NCBI GenBank assembly: GCA_031414535.1
Contig: JANNVQ010000038.1
Location: forward strand, 1 to 64,000
DNA length: 64,000 nucleotides
Direction of reading: 5' to 3'
Source: Gemmatimonas sp.
Lineage (GTDB): Bacteria > Gemmatimonadota > Gemmatimonadetes > Gemmatimonadales > Gemmatimonadaceae
A program made the translations under genes and the position numbers. Numbering within the stretch: the stretch's first letter is position 1; the number at the start of each line of letters is the position of its first letter. Below the pieces are notes generated by a model. It saw only the letters and a list, made by a program, of their open reading frames with translations. It was not told where the DNA came from and did not search any database. Shown here in pieces: positions 28,001 to 37,684 of the stretch.

Positions 28001-29479
28001 GTGAAGATTGCGCACCGCTACATCCTCCGCGAGCACCTCGGGCCGCTGGTCTTTGCCCTTTCGGCGCTGACTTCGCTGCTCATGTTGAACTTCGTGGCGA
28101 AGAAGTTCCCCGACCTCGTGGGCAAGGGATTGCCGTGGTCGGTCATCCTTGAGTTCTTGGCGCTCTCGTTGCCGTTCACCATCGCGATGACGTTCCCAAT
28201 GGCGGTGCTGGTGGCCACACTGCACGCCTTCTCGCGCTTCGCGGCAGAAAACGAGATCACCGCCTTCAAGGCTAGCGGCGTGAGCATGCAGTTGCTCGTA
28301 CGCCCGGTCATCTTCTCCGCCATCGTCCTCTCGCTGGGGATGGTGTGGTTCAACGATCAAGTGCTTCCGCGAGCCAATCATCGCCTCGCCACGCTGCAGC
28401 AGGACATTGCGCGGGTGAAGCCGACGCTGGCCCTCAACGAGCAGGTCATCAACGAAGTGGTGCGCGGCTCGCTCTATCTACGAGCGGCACGCATCGAGTC
28501 TGGCACCAACCGGATGCGCGATGTCACGATTTACGACTTGAGCAATGCGGAGAGCCGGCGGACGGTGCGCGCCGACAGTGGCGAGCTCGCGTTCTCGAGG
28601 AGCGGCACAGACTTGGTGCTCACGCTCTATGACGGTCACTCGGTGGAGAGCGCGGCAAACGCGCCGCAGCGCCTGCAGCGTAGCTTCTTCTTGGAAGACC
28701 GCATCGTCGTGCGCGGCATCGCGGCGGGACTCGAGCGCGGCAGCACGGACATGGGCTACAAGTCGGACCGCGAGCTGACCATCTGCGAGTTGCAAGCCCG
28801 TGTGGTGGCGGCGCGCGAACCGCGTGATGTGATGTGGCGGCGGCTGCGTGCCATCACGCATCCGGGCGATTCGCTCGGGACGCCGCCGCGCGATCATTGG
28901 CCGTTGGCCAACTGGTACTGCACCGCGTTGGCGAAGTGGGGTGGGCCAAGCAGCGTGCAGGAGGCGCAGACTGCGTCCATGATTCCGCTCCTCTCGCTGG
29001 GCTTCGCCCAGCGTCCCGCGCAAGATCTCAAGGCCGAGGAGCCGGCGGACTACCAAACGGTCCTCGAGGAAGGTCTCCGCTTCGAGCTCACGGGCGCACA
29101 ATCGCAGATTGATCGCTACCGCGTAGAGATCGAGAAGAAGTTCTCCATTGCGGCGTCCTGTGTGGTGTTCGCGCTGCTCGGCGCCCCCATCGCACTGCGG
29201 TTCCCGCGTGGCGGCGTTGGTCTCACCATCGGCGTGTCGCTTGGCGTGTTCGCCATCTACTACGTGGGGCTGCTTGCCGGTGAGGCCCTGTCCGACAGCG
29301 GCTACGTGGACCCGGCACTGGCGATGTGGGGCGCCAACATCCTCCTCGGTGCCGTGGGTGTGGTGCTCACCGCGCGCCTCGGCAGCGAAGGCTCGACGCA
29401 TCGCGGCAGCGAGACAAGTGAGTGGTGGGGCCGCATGATGGACGCGATCAAGGCCAAGACGCGTCGGAAGGCGGCGTGA
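28001..29479 (+). CDS. lptF: LPS export permease LptF
   Basis: RYILRE, ENEITAFKASGVS, EKKFSIA, LGAPIA; GTG start. Confidence 0.85.
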   Translation: MKIAHRYILREHLGPLVFALSALTSLLMLNFVAKKFPDLVGKGLPWSVILEFLALSLPFTIAMTFPMAVLVATLHAFSRFAAENEITAFKASGVSMQLLVRPVIFSAIVLSLGMVWFNDQVLPRANHRLATLQQDIARVKPTLALNEQVINEVVRGSLYLRAARIESGTNRMRDVTIYDLSNAESRRTVRADSGELAFSRSGTDLVLTLYDGHSVESAANAPQRLQRSFFLEDRIVVRGIAAGLERGSTDMGYKSDRELTICELQARVVAAREPRDVMWRRLRAITHPGDSLGTPPRDHWPLANWYCTALAKWGGPSSVQEAQTASMIPLLSLGFAQRPAQDLKAEEPADYQTVLEEGLRFELTGAQSQIDRYRVEIEKKFSIAASCVVFALLGAPIALRFPRGGVGLTIGVSLGVFAIYYVGLLAGEALSDSGYVDPALAMWGANILLGAVGVVLTARLGSEGSTHRGSETSEWWGRMMDAIKAKTRRKAA

Positions 29480-30570
29480 CACTTCGCCGTGGGTGGTTGC
29501 ATCCGCTCGACCGCTATGTGCTGAACGAGTTCTGGAAAGTGCTCGCCGCCACGGCGCTCGGCTTTCCGCTGCTCGTCATCATCATTGACGTCTCTGAGAA
29601 GCTCGACAACTACCTTGCCCGTGATCTCACGCCCGCGCAGATCGCCACAGCGTATCTGTTCGGGATTCCCGAGACGATGTTCCTCGTGTTGCCGGCCTCT
29701 GTGCTGTTCGCCACCGTGTTCACCGTGGGCAGCTTCACGAGGCACAGCGAGATCACCGCGGCGAAAGCCTCCGGCATTTCGTTCCATCGGTTCATCCGGC
29801 CAATCTTCTTTGGCGCGGTGTTCGCGACTTTCGTGGGGCTCGCACTCTCGGAGCTCGTGCCACCACTGAACGCACGGCGCTTGGAGATTCTCAAGGAGAA
29901 GGCGGTGCGCTCGGCGGACCAACGCAGCAACTTCGCCTATGCTGCCGACGAAGGGCGAGTCTATAAGATTGGCTACGCCGACGTAAACTCCGCGTCTATG
30001 CAACGTGTGGAAATCGAGCGGCGAGGCACGGGCCCCGAATTCCCGTCTTATGTAATCTCGGCCGAGGAAGGCAAGTACAGCGAGGGTGAGGGCTGGCGGC
30101 TCACCAAGGGCTATCTGCACCTGATGCCAGATTCGCTCTCCAGCCTGAGCATCCAGTTTGATTCGTTGCAGGACAAGCTCTTCAGCGAGCGTCCAGAGAA
30201 CCTGATGGCCAATCCCAAGGCGCCCGCGGAGATGGGCTACCGCGACTTGGGCCGGTTCATCGCGGCCATGGAGCGCTCGGGGGCGGACGTGAAAAAGCTG
30301 CGCGTAGAGCGCATGCTCAAGATTGCCATTCCGGTGACCTGCGTCGTCATCATGCTCATCGGTGCCCCGCTGGCCACGAGCACACAGCGCGGCGGCACGG
30401 CCTACGGCGTCGCTATTTCGCTTGCGACGACGGTTATCTTCCTCATTCTGTTGCAACTGACTCAGGCCATTGGCGCCGGCGGATTGGTGCAGCCGGAGTT
30501 GGCCGCCTGGTTGCCCGGCATTTTGTTTACCGGCATTGGCACGTATCTCTTGATTAAGGTTCGCACCTAG
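29476..30570 (+). CDS. lptG: LPS export permease LptG
   Basis: LDRYVLNEF, HSEITAAKASGIS, AAWLP; GTGA overlap with lptF. Confidence 0.85.
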   Translation: MTLRRGWLHPLDRYVLNEFWKVLAATALGFPLLVIIIDVSEKLDNYLARDLTPAQIATAYLFGIPETMFLVLPASVLFATVFTVGSFTRHSEITAAKASGISFHRFIRPIFFGAVFATFVGLALSELVPPLNARRLEILKEKAVRSADQRSNFAYAADEGRVYKIGYADVNSASMQRVEIERRGTGPEFPSYVISAEEGKYSEGEGWRLTKGYLHLMPDSLSSLSIQFDSLQDKLFSERPENLMANPKAPAEMGYRDLGRFIAAMERSGADVKKLRVERMLKIAIPVTCVVIMLIGAPLATSTQRGGTAYGVAISLATTVIFLILLQLTQAIGAGGLVQPELAAWLPGILFTGIGTYLLIKVRT

Positions 30571-30583
30571 GTGGATTCGTAGC

Positions 30584-31414
30584 GTGGCAGGCCGTCCTAC
30601 TGAGTCCTTTCCCGTTGTCCAGCGCTCCGGAATGCAGTTCTTCCGCGCGATGGGGCGGAGCGCCATTGCGCTCTTCGGCGGCATCGGCGCGCGGGCGTTG
30701 TTTGTGCGGGAGCTGTGGCGCGCGGTCAAGGAGTGGAAGACTTGGTCGCGCGAAGTCATTCACCAGATGCGCGCCATCGGCGTGGACTCGCTGCCGTTGG
30801 CCATCATGGTGGCCGCGTTCATTGGTGGTGTCATCACCATCCAGATTCGCTACCAGCTCTTCCCCGGCATCCAGCTCTCGATTGTCGGCTTGAGCTCGCG
30901 CCAGATTGTGATTCTCGAAACAGGTCCACTGCTCACAGGCCTAGTGCTCGCTGGCCGCGTGGGCGCCAAGATGACGGCCGAGATCGCGACGATGCGCGTC
31001 ACCGAACAGATTGACGCGCTCGAGACCTTGGCCTTCGATCCCGTGGCCTACTTGATCATCCCGCGGCTCATCGCGGCGATCATCATGCTGCCGATTCTCA
31101 CCGTGTTTGCCGACGTGTTCGGCGTGATCAGCGGGATGCTATCGGCAGTACTCATTACAGATGTGAAGTACGCCCAGTTCATGGAAGGCGTGCGATTAGG
31201 CTACGACCACTTTCAGGTGGCGTATTCCTTGATCAAGGCGACGCTCTTTGGCGGGGCCATCGCCTTCCTGTGCACCTACGAGGGGTACACCACCCGCGGC
31301 GGCGCGGAGGGCGTGGGCCAGAGCACGGCGAAGGCCGTGGTGGTGGCCTCCATCGCTATCCTGATTCTGGACGCCATCACAGCTGTGCTCCTCGCACCTT
31401 ATCTTCAGGGATGA
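30584..31414 (+). CDS. mlaE: MlaE family ABC permease
   Basis: IGVDSLP, ETGPLLTGLVLAGRVGA, TEQIDALE, GGAEGVG; exact start uncertain. Confidence 0.9.
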   Translation: MAGRPTESFPVVQRSGMQFFRAMGRSAIALFGGIGARALFVRELWRAVKEWKTWSREVIHQMRAIGVDSLPLAIMVAAFIGGVITIQIRYQLFPGIQLSIVGLSSRQIVILETGPLLTGLVLAGRVGAKMTAEIATMRVTEQIDALETLAFDPVAYLIIPRLIAAIIMLPILTVFADVFGVISGMLSAVLITDVKYAQFMEGVRLGYDHFQVAYSLIKATLFGGAIAFLCTYEGYTTRGGAEGVGQSTAKAVVVASIAILILDAITAVLLAPYLQG

Positions 31415-32295
31415 AGCGTCGCGACGAAGTTCTCGTGGGAATCGTGGCTACCGTGGCCTTGGTGCTCGGAGTCGCGGGTGCCCTCTTGTTGGCCCGCGGT
31501 GGTCTGGCCCCGGGTTATCCCGTGTATTCGATTTTCACATGGGGGGGCGGCCTGCGGGCTGGCCAGCCCGTTCTGCTCTCGGGCGTTTCGGTGGGCTACG
31601 TCTCGGACGTGACCTTCCAGCGCGAGGGTACACTGCTCGTGGAGATGCGCATTCAGGAGCGCTACCAACTTCCGGCAAACTCGGTCACGAAGATTGCGCC
31701 GAACGGCGTGTTTGGAGACATGATGGTGGTCATCACGCCGGGCACAGTGATGACGGACCAAAACTTCGCCGAGGGCGATACTCTTCCCGCCGGCCCGCCG
31801 TCCATCGCCATTGGCGACGTGCTGACGCGCGTGGATTCCATCGGCAAGGACGTGCAGGCGCTGACGGCTGGGCTCAACCGCGAGTTGATTGCCGAGGGCG
31901 GCATTCGCGAACTGCGGGCCACGATTCGTAACGCGAATGAGTTCCTGGGCGAACTGGCGCGTATTGCGCAGGTGCAGAGCTCTGAGCTCACGAAGACCCA
32001 GGAGGCCGTGCGGCGTGTGGTCAGCGCCGTGGACTCAGCGAGCGTGGATAGCACGGTGAAGGCGCTGTCTGGCGCTGCTACGGCCATGGGAGCGTTAGCC
32101 ACTGACCTGCGCGCCACCACCCTGCAGCTCAACGGCGTGCTGGCCAAGCTGGAGAGCGGCGAGGGCTCGGCTGGCCTGTTGCTGAATGACCCCGGGATGT
32201 ATCGCGACACGCGGGCCCTGCTCGCGCGGCTCGACTCCCTGACGGCGGACTTCCAGCGGAACCCGCGGAAGTACATCAACCTGTCGATCTTCTGA
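31411..32295 (+). CDS. mlaD: MCE/MlaD family protein
   Basis: N-terminal TM, GLRAGQPVLLSGVSVGYV MCE motif, helical tail, GSAGLLLND. Confidence 0.87.
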   Translation: MKRRDEVLVGIVATVALVLGVAGALLLARGGLAPGYPVYSIFTWGGGLRAGQPVLLSGVSVGYVSDVTFQREGTLLVEMRIQERYQLPANSVTKIAPNGVFGDMMVVITPGTVMTDQNFAEGDTLPAGPPSIAIGDVLTRVDSIGKDVQALTAGLNRELIAEGGIRELRATIRNANEFLGELARIAQVQSSELTKTQEAVRRVVSAVDSASVDSTVKALSGAATAMGALATDLRATTLQLNGVLAKLESGEGSAGLLLNDPGMYRDTRALLARLDSLTADFQRNPRKYINLSIF

Positions 32296-32298
32296 AGT

Positions 32299-32447
32299 GG
32301 ACGGATGACGGATGACGGATGACGGATGACGGAGGGGGGCGTCGCGGTTGGTCAGCGGCGCCCCCTGATTCGTTTTACCGCGGCGCGTCTCGCACGTTCA
32401 ACACGCCACGGCTCCGCAGTTCAGCTTTCGTCATCCGTCTTCCGTCC
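32299..32447. repeat. Heptamer array after the mlaD stop with a distal inverted arm
   Basis: (GACGGAT)x4 + GACGGA from 32300; tcgtcatccgtcttccgtcc ending 32447. Confidence 0.88.
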
Positions 32448-32455
32448 CAAAGCCA

Positions 32456-32489
32456 ACCGCCCCGGCAGCGCGATGGCTGCCGGGGCGGT
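32456..32489. terminator. GC-rich hairpin between convergent mlaD and TonB-dependent receptor genes
   Basis: accgccccggcagc-gcgatg-gctgccggggcggt, 14-bp perfect stem. Confidence 0.75.
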
Positions 32490-32514
32490 CTGTCCTTCTG
32501 GATCTAGACTCGGC

Positions 32515-35500
32515 TCAGTTAAAGATGTAGCGGAGGCCGAGCTGCATACGCCAGACGTCGCTCGTATTCGCGTTCTTCTGGAACGTGCGGCTGAGGAGCT
32601 GACCGTTCACAACGCGCATGCGGTACTGCGGCTGGCCGCCGCCCGTTGCACCGGCCGGGATGAGCGGTTGGTTGTTGATCACCTGCTGGGAAAGACCCCA
32701 GTCGGCGTTGATCATGTTGGTGAAGTTCAGGATGTCGAGACGCACCTGCAGGGAGTTTTTCTTCCCGGCGAACAGCGCGCTCAAGTCCTGCGAGACGCTG
32801 AGGTCCATACGCGTCACGTTCGGGAGTACCACTCCGCCGCGCAGCGCGTACTGGCCGCGACGGGTGCTGAGGTGCGGATCCTGATTGATGTAGGCATCCC
32901 AAGCGGCCTGCTGCTGCGCGACCGTAAAGGGCGCGGCACCCGTGATCGGCAGGAAGTTCATCTGGGCCTGAGTCTGGGGGACCCAGATCAGGTCGTTGGA
33001 CGTGCCGCCGTCGCCGTTCAAGTCACCGCCGGTGGTGTAGCTCGTCTGACCCGTGGTGAAGTTCTCGAGGAAGGCTGCGATGGTGGTGTTGCCGAAGCCA
33101 AACCAGTCGCGCGAGTAGCTCGAGACGAGGAAGGAACGACGACCCTGGTAGCCAGCGGCGTTACCGATGGCTGGGTTGTTCGGGTCACCGGTGTGCTGGT
33201 TGCCGTTCCACGAGCCGAAGGCGATGGAGCCGGCATCAACCGTGTTGCTGGCGGTGCCGTAAGCCGTCGCCATCTTGGTGAAGAAGCCGTTGCGGAACGC
33301 GCGCTCAAGGGAGACGGAGGCGTTGTAGGTCTCGCCGACGTTCTGATTCTTGAGTACGATGGCGCTCGTGATGTTGCAATTCAGGCGGTTAGACTGCGTG
33401 CCGGTGACGGTCGGGCACTTGTCGGAGACCCAACGCGGGCGGGCATCGGGGCCGGTGAAGGCCGCGTCGGCTGCCGGCAGATTGGCGTTGATGTAGTACA
33501 CGCCGTTCACGTCGCGGCCCCACAGGAACTCGACCGTGGTGAGCCAGCCGTTAGAGAAGCGGTGGTCAAGGGCGAGGTTGGAGCGCCACACCTGCGGGAA
33601 CTTGAAGCCCTTATCCGTCAGGGCGAGCTCGTATGAAGCGGCCGGAGCCCCGGTCACCGTCGCCGGCTTGTAGAAATCGGTGTTCGGGTGGAACGGACGG
33701 TTCGTGAGTTCCGGACCGTTGTTGTTGTCGTCAATGAAGCCGGTCAGGATGCCGTTGTTGCCGATCTGGTTGGAAATCCAGACGTAGGCCGGACGGCCGG
33801 TGAAGATACCAGTACCGCCGCGAATGATGGTCTGGCCGTTGCCGCGGGCGTCGTAGTTGAAGCCGAGGCGGGGCGAGACGAGCGGTGTGGCATCCGGCAG
33901 CTGGGCAGTGTTGTACTGCACCTGCAGGCCGTCTTCGTCGCGGAAGGTGAGGCCGTTGACCTGCGTGTTCTCTTCAGCGGTGTTGCCGAAGGTGACGATG
34001 TCAACGCGAACGCCGCCGGTGATGGTGAGTCCGCGACCGGCGCGGAACTCGTCCTGCAAATAGGCGCCCATGAAGTTCACTTCGAGCGGCTGCACCGGCT
34101 TGATCTGGCCAGGCACGTTGGCGTAGCGAACCTGGAAGCGACGCGGACCGACGCCGGCCGGCGAAGCGGTGTATGCCGAGCACCCGAGTTGCGTGGCCGT
34201 CGTTCCGCAGGCGTTCGCGAAGCCGCGAGCGTCAGCATAGAAGTCCGAGAGCGTGTTGTAGACGTACGCGCTCTGCTTGCCGGGGAAGAACACGTTCTCT
34301 GACTCGTAGCCCTCGATGTTGAAGCCGAGGGTCAGGTCGTTGCGGTTGCCGTAGATCGTGAAGTTGTTCTGCAGCTGCCAGTTGCTGTAGCGCAGTTCGT
34401 TGTTCGGCGTGAACGGCTCCGAGCCGAACGAGATGTAGGTCTGGCCGGCGCCGTCGAGGATGTCCACGAAGGGGAACAGGTTGCTGATCTGGCCGCGGGA
34501 CTCGTCCTGCGCGGTGTAGGTGAACAGCAGCTGGTTGGACATACGATCGGTGAGGAGCGAGTTCCACTCCGCGGCGTACGAATCGATGTTCTCTGTAATG
34601 GTATAGTTCGAGCCGTCGTAGCCCATCGAGTTGTTCCGCACGCGACCGTTGCCCAGCGAGGCCGACGTGGACATCAACACGTCCGTCTCGGACTCGAGGT
34701 TGGTGTAGCGGAACGAGAACTTGTTGCGGTCGCTGAGGGCGAAGTCCACGCGCGCGGTGAGGCGCTGTGAAGGCGTGAGGCCAGGATAGCCCTCGTACTC
34801 GCCGGGATTGAAGTTGAACAGCGTCCGCAGCGTGTCGCGCACGCTATTCAAGTCAGAGCGCAGAACGCGGGTGATGTTGCCACCCGCGGTCTGGGTCGCC
34901 TCGCGCGGAAGGAAGGTGTTGCCGGGGCCTTCATTCTCGTCGGTCTCATACGAGACGAAGAAGAAGAGCTTGTCCTTGAGGATCGGGCCGCCGAGGCGGA
35001 AGCCGATCTGGTCGAAGGAGAAGGTGCCGGGGTTGAAGGTACGGGTACCGGCCTGGCGCCCGACGTACTCCTGGTCGCGGACGTTGTAGTAGACGGAGCC
35101 GGAGAACTCGTTGGTGCCTGAGCGCGTCACCGTGTTGATCGCGGCGCCGACGAAGCCACCCTGGCGCACGTCAAACGGCGCGATGTTCACCTGCACCGCT
35201 TCGACGGCATCGAGCGAAATCGGGGCGACACCGGTACGGTCACCGGGCTGGCCACCGAGGCCGAAGGAGTTGTTGAAGGCCGCACCGTCAATCGTGATGT
35301 TGTTGAGACGATTGTCTTGGCCGGCGAAGTTGTTGCCGCTCGCCTGCGGGGTGAGGCGAGTGAAGTCGGAGAGACGACGCGAAATCGTCGGGAGCTGCTC
35401 AAGCGCCTCGCGGCGCACGCTGGTGGCGGCACCGGTGCGCGTGGTGCTCAGTTCACCGCCTTCAGAGGTCACGGTCACCGCATTCAGCTGCGTGGCGACG

Positions 35501-35844
35501 GCATCCATCTTGAAGATCAGGTCGGCAGCCGCACCGAGTGAGACGTTGATGTCGTCACGGTTCTGGCGGGCGAAGCCGATGGACGTAGCAGCGACGCTGT
35601 ACGGGCCACCGACGCGCATACCGGGGATGTTGAATCGACCGTCAGCGCGCGAGGCGCCGACATACTGGGTGCCAGAAGGCAAGTGCACCGCGATAATGCG
35701 GGCGCCTTCGAGCGGCCTGTTCTCGCCGTCCGTCACGAGACCACGAATCGAACCCGTGGTCACCTGTGCGGAGGCGATGGTGGTAGACGCAGCGACGGCC
35801 ATGGCGGCCAAGGCAAACGTCAACCGAAGGATCCAACGCTTCAT
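32515..35844 (-). CDS. TonB-dependent receptor, Oar-like, with N-terminal carboxypeptidase-regulatory-like domain
   Basis: Signal ASA|Q, GSIRGLVTD, INTVTRSGTN plug motif, SPRLGFNYD, terminal LGLRYIFN; GAGGA RBS before ATG 35844. Confidence 0.92.
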   Translation of the reverse strand: MKRWILRLTFALAAMAVAASTTIASAQVTTGSIRGLVTDGENRPLEGARIIAVHLPSGTQYVGASRADGRFNIPGMRVGGPYSVAATSIGFARQNRDDINVSLGAAADLIFKMDAVATQLNAVTVTSEGGELSTTRTGAATSVRREALEQLPTISRRLSDFTRLTPQASGNNFAGQDNRLNNITIDGAAFNNSFGLGGQPGDRTGVAPISLDAVEAVQVNIAPFDVRQGGFVGAAINTVTRSGTNEFSGSVYYNVRDQEYVGRQAGTRTFNPGTFSFDQIGFRLGGPILKDKLFFFVSYETDENEGPGNTFLPREATQTAGGNITRVLRSDLNSVRDTLRTLFNFNPGEYEGYPGLTPSQRLTARVDFALSDRNKFSFRYTNLESETDVLMSTSASLGNGRVRNNSMGYDGSNYTITENIDSYAAEWNSLLTDRMSNQLLFTYTAQDESRGQISNLFPFVDILDGAGQTYISFGSEPFTPNNELRYSNWQLQNNFTIYGNRNDLTLGFNIEGYESENVFFPGKQSAYVYNTLSDFYADARGFANACGTTATQLGCSAYTASPAGVGPRRFQVRYANVPGQIKPVQPLEVNFMGAYLQDEFRAGRGLTITGGVRVDIVTFGNTAEENTQVNGLTFRDEDGLQVQYNTAQLPDATPLVSPRLGFNYDARGNGQTIIRGGTGIFTGRPAYVWISNQIGNNGILTGFIDDNNNGPELTNRPFHPNTDFYKPATVTGAPAASYELALTDKGFKFPQVWRSNLALDHRFSNGWLTTVEFLWGRDVNGVYYINANLPAADAAFTGPDARPRWVSDKCPTVTGTQSNRLNCNITSAIVLKNQNVGETYNASVSLERAFRNGFFTKMATAYGTASNTVDAGSIAFGSWNGNQHTGDPNNPAIGNAAGYQGRRSFLVSSYSRDWFGFGNTTIAAFLENFTTGQTSYTTGGDLNGDGGTSNDLIWVPQTQAQMNFLPITGAAPFTVAQQQAAWDAYINQDPHLSTRRGQYALRGGVVLPNVTRMDLSVSQDLSALFAGKKNSLQVRLDILNFTNMINADWGLSQQVINNQPLIPAGATGGGQPQYRMRVVNGQLLSRTFQKNANTSDVWRMQLGLRYIFN

Positions 35845-35995
35845 TGGGCTTTCCTCTATCGGGGTGGGAACCAACAACGCGCTCCACGGGGCCGTTACAA
35901 ACCCAAGAGCGGCGGCGTAGCCAAGCAGAATGTAACGAAAAATCGCCCTCGTGGCGTCCCTACGTCAACCGAGACCACCGGAGGTTACCGAACCG

Positions 35996-37366
35996 TTATT
36001 TCCGGCGCCCCACGGTCATGGAAAATACGGGCACCCCCACGAGGCAGACGCCCAGCACGGCCGCGGTCTGCCAGCGGCTCGATTCATTGACCAGCGCGTT
36101 CCCAAGCAGGTACAGGACCGCCACCATGAACAGGCCTGGCACGATGGGGTAACCGGGGACGCGGAACGCCGGTTTGTAGTCGGGCCGCTTGCGGAGGCGG
36201 AAAATCGAGGCCACCGCCAGAAAATAGAAGGGCAGAAAGGCCGTCACGAAGGAGTCGGCCAGCTGCTCAAAGGTCCGCATCAGGACGAACAGGGCCCCGA
36301 GCGTGGCAGTCATGAGAATGGAGACCCAAGGGGTGCCCCAGGTGGGGTGCACCGCGGCCACTTGCTTGAAGAACAGCCCGTCCGCCGCCATGGCGAAGAA
36401 GATGCGGGGGCTCGTGAAAAGCACCGCATTCAGGGTCCCGAAGGTCGAGATCATCACCGTGACAGATACGAACACCACGCCGGCAGGACCAATGACCCGC
36501 TCCGCCACATCGGCCGCCACGAGGCGGGACACGCGCATCTCTTCAATGGAGAGCACCGAGAGGTAGGCCAGATTCGCCGCCAAATAGATGGCGAGTACCA
36601 AGATGGTGCCGCCGATGAGTGCCCTGGGCAGATTCTTCTGGGGATCTTTGACCTCACCACCATTGTACGAGATGTCCGCCCAGCCGTCGAACGCCCACAG
36701 CGTGCTCACCAGCGCGAGGCCAAACGCGGACACGCTGAGACTGCCCGGCGGCATGGCTGGTGTGAAGTTCGAGAGCCCGTTGGCGGGTAATCCCACCGCA
36801 AAGGCCACGACGACGATGAACATCAACCCGCCGTACTTGGCCAGCACCGTGAAGTTGGTGAAGGCCGCGCCAACCTTGGCCCCACGCACATTGAAGCTGG
36901 CCGTGAGCAGGATGGCGGTGGCCGCCGCATAGCGCACCGGCATCGCCTCCTCGAGGCTCCAACCCATCACTCGGAAGAAATACTCGGCGCAGGTGATGGC
37001 GATGGCGCCCAGCGACGCGGCGCGGATCATGACCAGCTGGGCCCAGCCGAAGGTGAAGGCCGTACGATCACCCCAGCCCTCCTTCAAAAAGACGTAAATG
37101 CCGCCCGTCTTTGGGTAGGCGCTCGCGAGCTCAGCGATGGTCAGGGCACCGCACATCGCGAAAATGCCACCGGCCGCCCACGCGAGCAGCATGGGGAAGG
37201 GACCCGGGAGCTTGTCGGCGATGCCCGCGGGGGAGCGAAAGATGCCAGAGCCGATGGTGGAGCCGATGACTACAGCCATGGCGCTCCACAGGCCAATGCT
37301 GCGGGCCAAGGTGGGCTGCTGCGCAGGTTGAGCTGTGGACGGAGTCTGATCTGTTGTGGAAGCCAT
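35996..37366 (-). CDS. APC family amino-acid permease (LAT/SteT-like)
   Basis: IGSGIF, AELASAYPKTGG, WAFDGW, EVKDPQKNLPRA. Confidence 0.9.
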   Translation of the reverse strand: MASTTDQTPSTAQPAQQPTLARSIGLWSAMAVVIGSTIGSGIFRSPAGIADKLPGPFPMLLAWAAGGIFAMCGALTIAELASAYPKTGGIYVFLKEGWGDRTAFTFGWAQLVMIRAASLGAIAITCAEYFFRVMGWSLEEAMPVRYAAATAILLTASFNVRGAKVGAAFTNFTVLAKYGGLMFIVVVAFAVGLPANGLSNFTPAMPPGSLSVSAFGLALVSTLWAFDGWADISYNGGEVKDPQKNLPRALIGGTILVLAIYLAANLAYLSVLSIEEMRVSRLVAADVAERVIGPAGVVFVSVTVMISTFGTLNAVLFTSPRIFFAMAADGLFFKQVAAVHPTWGTPWVSILMTATLGALFVLMRTFEQLADSFVTAFLPFYFLAVASIFRLRKRPDYKPAFRVPGYPIVPGLFMVAVLYLLGNALVNESSRWQTAAVLGVCLVGVPVFSMTVGRRK

Positions 37367-37426
37367 AGGGCGAAGCTACGCGTTGCCACTCCCTGCGGGG
37401 AGTGTCTCCAGCGATAATTCCTTCAG

Positions 37427-37684
37427 ATGATTCCGAACGTTTTTCTGACCGTGCTCTTCTGGTCCGCCGCGCTCGCCGTGGTGCTGGGCCAAGTGGCAAT
37501 CCTGCGCTCCACTTCGCGCGCTTGGCGGTACACGGGCGCGGGCGTGCCCCTCACCGAGCGCCTATTCGCTTGGGGACCGGCCTTGGCCCTAATCGTGGTG
37601 CTGTTCTTTGCATGGAAAGCGGCCACGAGGCCCCCGGTGGTGGAGGTCCAGTTCGACCCGGCCACGCAGAGCATCACACTATGA
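37427..37684 (+). CDS. Small two-TM protein coupled to ctaB
   Basis: Two hydrophobic segments; ATGA overlap with the ctaB start. Confidence 0.65.
   Translation: MIPNVFLTVLFWSAALAVVLGQVAILRSTSRAWRYTGAGVPLTERLFAWGPALALIVVLFFAWKAATRPPVVEVQFDPATQSITL

Noticed and set aside
32326..33636. Long + strand ORF of 436 aa (similarly 18792-19826, 24566-25606, 58549-59838)
   Set aside because: Antisense shadows of well-supported genes, expected from high-GC codon bias; no motifs.
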